Positions 58,001-64,000 of a DNA stretch of 64,000 nucleotides are shown piece after piece. How positions within the stretch are numbered: the stretch's first letter is position 1; every line of letters starts with the position of its first letter. The notes beneath the pieces are model-generated. The model ran no database searches, was not told the origin of the DNA, and saw only the letters and a list, made by a program, of their open reading frames with translations. This stretch comes from Diadema antillarum (Eukaryota): assembly GCF_040938485.1 (NCBI RefSeq), contig NW_027271471.1, positions 310,001-374,000 of the forward strand, in the 5' to 3' direction. A program made the position numbers and the translations under genes.

Positions 58001-60630
58001 AGTTGTTGTTTTTCTAACTTCAAGACAATATACATTGTGTGTGTGTGATGGCAGGCAATATTTGTGGATATTTTGTCATTGCAGGAAAGTGTGCACATCA
58101 CATGGAGAATTTGCGAGAATAAAACCACCACATATTGCGTGGAGGGTGCAGTACATTTGTACATTTGTTGCACTGTGTTTTGTTTTTTTTCCTGTTTGTG
58201 TTGACCCCAGTTGAAGTGCTGTGGAGGCCAGAGCTATGAAGACTGGGCGGAGAGCAAGTGGAAGCTGGAAGGGAAGGCTGGAAACCGGACCACTCCCCCC
58301 AGCTGCTGTAAGACCAGGAGCGAGTACTGCTCTGTTAGGACACACCCATCGAATATCTACCACCGGGTAAGACAGTAGGTGGGACTAAAGAAGTGACGAC
58401 CATTGTTGTACTCTTAGGGCGGTGATTTGTCCCAGTTGGTAGTGCGTGGGTCGAGTCTCACTGAGCAGTGTTGTGTGTATCCCATCCCCTCTAGTAAGAG
58501 CCAAAACACTCTGTCCCTTAGATAGGACATTAAATGGAGGTCCCATGTGTACTGCTCTGTCAGGGCACACCCATCGAATATCTACCACCGGGTGAGACAG
58601 TAGGAGGGACTAAAAGAAGTAAGGGCCATTGTAGTTTGGCAGTGATTTGGTTCAGTTGCTAGTGATGGGTCGAGTCTCACTGAGCAGTGTCATGAGTGTA
58701 GCATTATGTCCCCTCTAGTAAGAGCCAAAACACTCTGTCCTCAGATAGGATGTCAAAGTGGAGGTCTCTTGTGTGAGTTAGCCACGACTCACGCATGTGA
58801 AAGATCCCACTTTATTCATTCATAGCCAGGAGCAGGGTGCTATCTTGGTGAAGTGGTCCCCCTTCCTACTCACACAAGAAAACAGGCAAATGATGCAAAC
58901 CCCTTGTGGTTTGCCCCTGGTCACTAACAATAGTCAGCAAACAGTGTCAACCAATGTTTCAATGAATGAGGACCATTGTAGAAACTTGGATGAAAAACAG
59001 CAATGCAATGCATTCAGGGTATGGTTTATTACATCAGTATTGTAGGCCAATGGCTATTAAGTGTGATTAATGTAATAAATTTTGATGAGTTGAGAATCAT
59101 ACAAACAACTATAGCTAGTACAATATTCACACTGAAAATAAAATAGAGCAAATGGCAGCAGAGTTTGTGTACGACTCTTGAGTTCTTATTTGCAGACTTG
59201 AAAAAAGATTTTGAAATCAATCAATCCCAACTATACAAACATGGTGACTTTTGAAGACAAAAATATCATGTCTCACCCCTCCCCCACCCCCCCCCCCAAA
59301 AAAAAAGAACAACAACAACTGTCACAAACACACAAAACCACCACAAACACACACAAGTGGAAAAAAATATTTATTTTGCATTAATACAGATGATAGATGA
59401 TTGTGTTTGAGAGGAAAGTGTAAATTACAAGTATTTCAGGTGATTGGCTGACTTAAGGGTGCTCTGGTAAATTTGTTCACAAAAACTGAAGGAGGCACAG
59501 TACCTCACTCCTCTATTAATGTCCTCATCTAGTGTGCTCATCTTGGAATCCTTGAATATTGTGACTTTTTGCTTCTCTTTTGCTGGTGACCCATCAATCA
59601 GACCAATTTTACTTTATTTACTACCCAAGCCGCCTGCAACATGGAATAAACTGCTGCTTTAAATATCAATCTCGGTGGTATGATAGACTATGCCCAACTT
59701 CCACCTGCTGTATCACTGCTATCGCTCATCAGAAAGTACCAAAGTTTGATGTCATAGCCATTCATCACCATGGGAACTGCTTCTAAACTGCCTCACGACG
59801 CCAAAATAACTGTTATCGCAACAGTTGCTATATAAACAGAGCGTGTGCCTATTTCCAACCCAGTGCCCAAGCCCTTGTGCAAGTATGTCTTGAACCAGCT
59901 CTAAGCTGTAACAAAAGACTGTGACATCATCACATCGGTACTCTATAGAAGTTGAAGGAATGAATACTTGGTTTACAACCTGTATCTTTTAACTGTTGTC
60001 CATGATTGTTCCCATACAGGGGTGCGTGGCCGGACTGTCGCACACCATAGAGGACCACCTTATTATCCTTGGTGCTGCCTGTTTGGCCATCGCAGGTGTT
60101 GAGGTAAGTCATTCTGGTCTAATCCAGATCATACAGTTTTCATTATCATCTGTGTCTATATGTTCATTTTTTTTTTTTTTTGATATCCCTCACTAATAAG
60201 ATCCTGTATGGTATAATTGGTCATCATAGCATTATGTTACCAAACAATGTTACAATGATGTTGATGTTGTTGAGTACAGAATGCTATAAATGATGAGAAT
60301 GTGCTATTCTGTGAAATCATTTATGGTGTAGTGCACTATACCATGTTATTGATGAGTGGCTTTTCAGCAACAGTGTGTAAAAATCACCATCAGTCTACAT
60401 AGGGTTCAAGGTGTGTGACTTTTGCCCTGTGACAGAGCTTTAGTGAGTGTTTGATATACAAATGGGAATTTGTTGCGCCATTGAAGGAGTCCGGTGTGTG
60501 AGTGCGGCAAGTGCAGAAGAAAATATTGAGTCAATTTTTCTCTTCTTTCTTCCATCTCCAGATCATGGGGCTGATATTTTCCATGTGCCTTTACTGTCAC
60601 CTGCGATACGAGGATGAGGAGCCATTTTGA
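40678..60630 (+). CDS. CD151: Tetraspanin, CD151/TSPAN11-like, 254 aa; join(40678-40761,49523-49714,56166-56240,57027-57131,58211-58366,60020-60103,60562-60630)
   Basis: Four TM segments, CCG, PPSCC, HPSNIY and GC motifs in the large loop, C-terminal YCHL (YxxL). All introns are GT-AG phase 0. Exon sizes 84/192/75/105/156/84/69 parallel those I recall for CD151 (84/192/75/105/159/87/60). The symbol is family-level. Confidence 0.92.
45085..45620. repeat. Degenerate C-rich hexamer-based repeat (CCCCAT/CCCTCA/CCCTTA)
   Basis: Direct reading; the opposite strand is a dense series of G-runs. Confidence 0.85.
45985..46030. repeat. (TTTC)n microsatellite
   Basis: Direct reading. Confidence 0.9.
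46428..46637. mobile_element. Tc1/mariner-type MITE
   Basis: TA|CTGTAAAA ... TTTTACAG|TA ends, with internal inverted TTTTCGTGC / GCACGAAAA. Coordinates approximate. Confidence 0.55.
48628..49434. mobile_element. MITE with TIR GGTCAATTCCA / TGGAATTGACC
   Basis: Terminal inverted repeat and a repeated internal GTGACTTATGGGAC motif. Confidence 0.55.
49523..49714 (+). CDS. CD151: Tetraspanin coding exon 2 (end of TM1, small loop, TM2)
   Basis: cttctcttccag|CTT GGC GGT ... CTG|gtaagt; LGGAGVLGVGIWT...GCYGAVQEVKNCLLL. Confidence 0.93.
50273..50377 (+). repeat. DIRS left terminus and left ITR (core 50293-50377)
   Basis: The core is the reverse complement of 55088-55190 minus one 18-bp unit; 50273-50350 is the exact reverse complement of 54840-54917. 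Confidence 0.93.
50488..51837 (+). CDS. gag: DIRS ORF1, Gag-like (449 aa; first ATG at 50507)
   Basis: Low-complexity N-terminus, then the DIRS Gag core PSNCTCLETPKVNSTIW...RDLKLQ...LFGDDL; position upstream of RT. Confidence 0.85.
   Translation: MIIVLSMDEPADKSEKAKAKKDTELCEPKASPAPAAKKKAAGKTLSSGGRPKASRPAASGKAQPNPPAPAATAPNPTVTTAENSTEVMSRIGKLESMFEKMIETLSTPHHGEQHANTPRDCFSEYGDCDTQRGSSSPPVIELADNRSVADFLSANRDDAVSLFSDVGLQEADKDKRPEFKIPRMAQKFVAPSGIGEPLDEDVADTIVYMMGQKLDQKSLDEAATRYPCPSNCTCLETPKVNSTIWENISTGTRHRDLKLQMIQSSLLKGINAFARTLPATLSEAQQDAMAFLCDANFSLNCMRKDSIKPDMNSNFHHLCKPSHKVTKYLFGDDLGRQVKEIQEQRKTMSGMMKSRFTREQSRFQPYKKPDVTSRRQYTSTGFTRPLGRGYDRRTSHSNPMAGSSAQPFLGKAWRGRPRDPPHTYTPTAAREGGNKQPTYHRQSQSQGRK
51660..53783 (+). 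CDS. DIRS ORF2: reverse transcriptase, RNase H, N6-adenine methyltransferase-like domain
   Basis: GGRL..F..AW, RLILDL..LN, YLDD, RNase H TDASG...E...DN, methylase-like DLFA...DAF...YAFPPF...WPTQPWY. The frame is open from 51660 and has no ATG before the conserved RT sequence. Confidence 0.93.
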   Translation, partial: PPNITFQPHGRFICTAFFREGLEGETSRSSSHLHTDSSKGGWQQAANLPQAEPKPGEEIEQVGDYEHNIDNDLVTTPAVVGGRLKPFFPAWENITRDSHIIQAVQGYTIEFDPEKFPPSREKPLRSYKRNAEETAKIDHEILVLEEKQVIEKCAHEEGEFISEVFTRPKKNGGVRLILDLSELNKSVQYQHFKMDNIQSGILLLSKGCYMASVDLRDAYYTIPIHLDSRKYLRFVWRNQLWQFKALPNGLSSAPRLFTKILKPVLALLRQQGHTVLSYLDDTLIIGNNKADTRSAVQATTDLLTSLGFIIHSEKSVLEPSREIEFLGFHLNTSEMRITLPASKSNDIQDACRSLLANNKPSIREVAKVIGKIVAALPASQYGPLHYRQLEREKIRALRKQKGHFDRHMSLSNRAKAELVWWSSHAHLVSKPLYPGKVSKEIRTDASGQGWGATDLQSKTGGRWNAQELARAAGNEINYLEMLAAGLGLKSFCSNVRDAHILLRLDNTTAVTYLNNMGGVKSEACNEMALQIWDWCSRRQIWITASHLAGSKNTEADTMSRKFNDNIEWMLDKTIFNEIVQRYGLPNVDLFATRLNAQLPTYVSWRPDPEAWAVDAFTIDWGPLVFYAFPPFSLVAKCLQKIRQDGARGILIVPNWPTQPWYTVLRNMLLEEPWVLRKHQLLTQPITGRPHPLTHLSLLCCRVGANIS
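53753..54763 (+). CDS. DIRS ORF3: tyrosine recombinase (336 aa)
   Basis: N-terminal SWRKSTKEQY SAM-like segment; catalytic R (SAQRV), HSTR, AGW and Y (FRNFY). Confidence 0.93.
   Translation: MLQGWSKHFIAQGLTEETADIMAASWRKSTKEQYMVYIRKWQRFCHERHLCWTHTKVGNLFAFFNSMYKNGASYSTLNTSRSALASVVLLRDEKYTISTHPWICRYFRGIFNLRPPTPRYSFIWDVGKVLSYLRQVTPAHKISLCQLTHKVCFLLALTSAQRVQTLSYLTLDNVKASKDCVEIAVADLIKQSQPGNVGVKVTLKAFPEDKKLCVVHYVKEYINRTSTLRKEVNALFVTYKQPHGKASKQTIARWIKTVLRASGIDTDLFKAHSTRSAATSSAKRNHFPIADILKHAGWKNESTFRNFYLKPASQATSFGQAVLGQQTSRKGQDSVL
54840..54988 (+). repeat. DIRS internal complementary region (ICR)
   Basis: 54840-54917 is complementary to the left end 50273-50350; 54918-54988 is complementary to the right end 55178-55248. 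Confidence 0.95.
55088..55250 (+). repeat. DIRS right ITR (55088-55190) plus right-end extension
   Basis: Inverted copy of the left ITR with an extra 18-bp unit; the extension is matched by the ICR. Confidence 0.93.
56166..56240 (+). CDS. CD151: Tetraspanin coding exon 3 (TM3)
   Basis: aacag|TAT ... ATG|gtaggt; YFFLLLFLFLVELGLGVFVYYYRGM. Confidence 0.92.
57027..57131 (+). CDS. CD151: Tetraspanin coding exon 4 (large loop helices)
   Basis: gtccag|ATT ... ACT|gtgagt; IETELENCMTTTLVEDYGMDGKEAYSETVDKVHAT. Confidence 0.9.
57200..57306. repeat. (ATTCA/ATTTA)n pentamer microsatellite
   Basis: Direct reading. Confidence 0.8.
58211..58366 (+). CDS. CD151: Tetraspanin coding exon 5 (CCG, PPSCC, HPSNIY)
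   Basis: ccccag|TTG AAG TGC TGT GGA ... CGG|gtaaga. Confidence 0.95.
58324..58773 (+). repeat. 225-bp tandem duplication covering the exon 5 3' end, its donor and a SINE-like segment
   Basis: Copies start at 58324 and 58549; the second copy continues into SINE-like sequence to ~58870. Confidence 0.85.
60020..60103 (+). CDS. CD151: Tetraspanin coding exon 6 (GC motif, TM4 start)
   Basis: catacag|GGG TGC ... GAG|gtaagt; GCVAGLSHTIEDHLIILGAACLAIAGVE. Confidence 0.93.
60562..60630 (+). CDS. CD151: Tetraspanin coding exon 7 (IMGLIFSMCLYCHLRYEDEEPF*)
   Basis: ttccatctccag|ATC ... TGA. Confidence 0.92.
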   Translation: MMGLIFSMCLYCHLRYEDEEPF

Positions 60631-61210
60631 GCTTCCTGCTGGTCGTCATGGAAACACCATTCTCAACTTTTTGTTTCCTGAATGAGCAGGCAGTTTATGT
60701 ATGCAACTGTTCGACAACTCAACTTCCCCAATGTGCGTCTTCTATATTGCTTTTGTAGCTGTAATCTGTCGTTCAAACATTTGATAAAAATCGTTTGGCC
60801 AGTTACTCTTCAGACTTTGTTTTTCAGAGTTGTGAGATTCGATGCTGACAAGATTCTGCTGTGCTCCTTTGGTACAGAGAAATTGGATGCCAGACTTTGG
60901 AATTTTTGAAGGCGGAAAGCAAGGAAAATACTTTAAAAAAAAAACACACAATTGACACTTGTACAATTTTTATTTTAGGAAATTTGTGTCGAGTGTTGAG
61001 TGTCAAAGAAGGGAAACATATCTGCTTGGACTGTGTAATAGCTGTGTACAGCTTGTGTGAGGAGTATTCATTTGAAGCTAGAAAGACTAGATGTTTATCT
61101 CAACTTATCTTTGAATTCTTTTATATACACATTTTACATTTTTGAATGATTGAAAGCATTTTTAAGCACGTTTGTGTGATTTGTATGAAACAATCTACGC
61201 AGCTCCTTAA

Positions 61211-61567
61211 AGGGGATGGCTAGTAACTGATCAGTGGGAATCAGGGGGAATGCTGGGGGATGATTGCTCCAATTCTTATGGGATTCATTTTAGGGCACAT
61301 TATATATCTATTGTTGTGTGAAAATTATTTGCTTCAGAACAGTCTCATATTCAAGCAATGTGCAGTTCAATGCCCCGTCACTGTATGGGCATGCTAACCT
61401 GGAAACATTAAACTGCACATTACTTGAATATGTGACCATTCTTAAGCAAATAATTTTCACACAACAATAGATATATAGTGTACTCCTAAATGAATCCCAC
61501 AAGGATTGGAACAATCATCCCCCAGCACTCCCACTGATTCCCACTGATCAGTTACTACCCATCCCCT
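61211..61567. mobile_element. Kolobok-like MITE
   Basis: TTAA|AGGGGATGGCTAGTAACTGATCAGTGGGAATCAG and its inverted copy ending CCATCCCCTTAA. Confidence 0.7.
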
Positions 61568-61675
61568 TAAACCCTCCGTGTGTCACATTTATTACCTGTC
61601 CATAGGTTTGTGTGTGAAATTTTTGCACATTTGACTCATTAGCTTAGAAAGGCTTAATGTAAACAGAGGTATTAA

Positions 61676-62098
61676 AGGGATAGGTACAGTTTGGGTTGAG
61701 ACGGGGCTACAGGTTTCTAACATTTTTTGATGATGATATTTTGAGATAATGTGAAACCTATTATGAACATGTTAGAGCATATAATTTGAAGAGGAATTCA
61801 TTTTTTTTTTTTTTCAAAATGAAAATTGGTTTTGAAATGGCTGAGATATCCACAAAAAAAAGCAATCTTAATGAAGATGGGACCCACCTTTTATATGTAT
61901 CGCTTTGTATGGCTTTATTTTTGGATATCTCAGCCATTTCAAAAATGATTTTCATTCTAAAATGAACTTTGAATTCCTCTTAGAATCATATGCTCTTTCA
62001 CATTTTATAAAGTGGTTTCATATCATCTTGCAAAAAAAAAAAAAAAAAAAAAAAATTAAAGGCTGAATCTTCAACTCAACCAATGCTAGAACATCCCT
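61676..62098. mobile_element. Kolobok-like MITE (a partial relative lies at ~46084-46250)
   Basis: TTAA|AGGGAT ... ATCCCT|TTAA; internal inverted GAAATGGCTGAGATATCC / GGATATCTCAGCCATTTC. Confidence 0.65.
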
Positions 62099-64000
62099 TT
62101 AAGTCAGCTAGAATACCCATAAATGTATCCATGAAAAGACTCCGAAGACTCCTTGATTGTCTTTTCTTATACATTCTCTCCAACAACAATAACAAAAAAA
62201 AAAGTTGGTGCTATCTTTTATAAACAATACCTATCATGTCTTTGATAATGCTTTAACACATATGTATTGGGGCAAGTTTGTTTGTTTGGTTTTTTTTTCT
62301 TTCTTTCTAACATGTTGAAAATAATGCCAATAGTAGTACTATGGTAATGGCTAGAAGGTCTTGTTCTCTAGTAACGAAGAGGAATTGTGAGTGATAAGAA
62401 AGTTCATAATGGAAGCAGCATGGGCCACCGTTTTGAAAATTAGGATTATAAGTGAATGATCTTCAGTATTTTATGCACAACATACTTAATTTCAATGAAT
62501 CTTCCAAAATCATGAATATGGGTCTTGTCCTTTAGTATGGATATACACTGTACTTACTAGACATCTAGTGTTCTTTGCAAGCTGTGAACACCAAAGAGTT
62601 TTTAAAGGCTTTTGTTTGCTCAGTTTGTTTGGTTTTTTGATTCGAAGTTGATTATGCTGTGGAGCAATTACTCCACATTTAGATGTTTTTGAACAATTAC
62701 TCCACATTTTTTCCTCTTGCTTGTATGCTTTGATGGGGTTCCCCTCCACCCCCCCCCCCCCCCCAATCTCTTTGTTGTCACTTGCTCTGTCAAGATTGTT
62801 ATGGGCCTGAAATATTGTTTCATTTTCTGCAGAACCAGAAATTTTAATGTGCATTTTAATTTTTGCGAGAGCCAAGTTTCGAGAAATTAAATGCACAGTA
62901 TAAGTAGTTGTCTACTTTATACATCTATGCATTGAATGCCAGTGGCAATTCACATGTTGTCTTATGAACAACATTTTCTTTGATTCATTGTAGAATGCTT
63001 TTTGTCTATAGGATGTTACAATGCCGCTCCAGGGTTTGTTTTTTAATACAGACAGAAGAATACTGTTCTGTATCTAACCTTGTATTTGAAACTATGAAGC
63101 TGTACAGTGTATGTAAGCTTTTTATCCTTTGAATCTGTATTTGTATTGACTCTTCTTTTCAAGTCTACTTCACAATTTGTGTCCATATCAATTGTTTTTA
63201 CATCTAGAAGGGTGCTAACTGTAGACAATGATTCTCATATCTCTGCTGCTTCTCGAAAGATAAGCAGAATACTGTTACAAAGGGAAGTGTTTCAACCAAG
63301 GTAACTCATTGATATTCATCCTGCTTGAATGTCCAGAAACTTGGGTACAGACTGCAAGTTTCTGCAATTAACCGACACCCATTCTCAGAACATGTTAAGT
63401 CCTCATGGAGAATAACTTGTTTACTTGCTAAACACTAACAAAAAATGTGGCATCGTAACCTTTCACAGTGCTCAATTTACACATTGTGGAGTTATTTTGA
63501 CAATTCAATTCTTGTGTTTTCTTAAAAAGTCATTAATTCACTGCTGTTTATAGTGTGTCGGCTTCATGTCACTTAAAGTATTACAAGTGAAGTAAAAACA
63601 ACCAAAAACAAGAGCTGACAATAAAAACAACAGAAAATTCCCTCCTTTCTCCCCCCTCCCCCACCCCCCCCCCCAAAAAAAAAATGTGCCCGAATTTTAG
63701 GTATTTCAAGTGTGATTTCATACCTCTGTGTTATGTTCTTTGCAGTGTTCCATTATTTTATCATTGTTGTTCTCATAGCAGAAGACATGCAATGAATGTG
63801 TATATGAATTCTACCGTAAACATTAATTGCAGTGAATTTTAATACAAACCCCAATGTCCGTCGCCCAAAACCTTTACATGCTGTAGACCCACATGTTTTA
63901 TTCCTCTGCAACTACGTGCAACCAGAGACATTATTATCCCTGTTTTCTTTTTTCCTGAGCATACCAACTCTGAAGAAGTTATCTTAGTGTGGTTTATGTG

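Noticed and set aside
59700-59740. Hammerhead ribozyme core (CTGATGAG on the minus strand)
   Set aside because: No stem II followed by GAAA at a suitable distance.

Overview
This is an animal genomic window, not prokaryotic: it has spliceosomal introns, AT-rich sequence, dense repeats and two N gaps. The repeat types suggest a marine invertebrate deuterostome such as an echinoderm (inference only). Host genes: a complete 7-exon CD151/TSPAN11-like tetraspanin (+, 40678-60630, 254 aa) and an ISG12/IFI27-domain gene (-, last exon 5303-5606, candidate upstream exon 8232-8503). Young retroelements: (i) a full-length CsRn1-type Ty3/Gypsy element (-, 22724-30582) with 1.3-kb LTRs, a tRNA-Trp PBS, a 4-bp TSD, a GGGAAAC frameshift site and one 1-nt lesion in RT; (ii) an intact DIRS1-type tyrosine-recombinase retrotransposon (+, 50272-55250) inside tetraspanin intron 2. 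The remainder is nested older transposons: Academ, Harbinger, piggyBac-, hAT-, CACTA- and Kolobok-like MITEs, Helentron-type HINEs, SINE and L2/CR1 fragments. The strongest candidate for an undescribed system is the DIRS expression logic. An HIV-1-identical UUUUUUAGGGAAG -1 slippery site lies in the gag/RT overlap, and a phase-matched GT-AG intron (51843-53761) would remove the whole RT-RNaseH-methylase block and fuse the shifted frame to the recombinase. One promoter could thus give Gag, Gag-RT and Gag-YR. All family assignments come from motif recognition without database searches, and literature novelty could not be checked.
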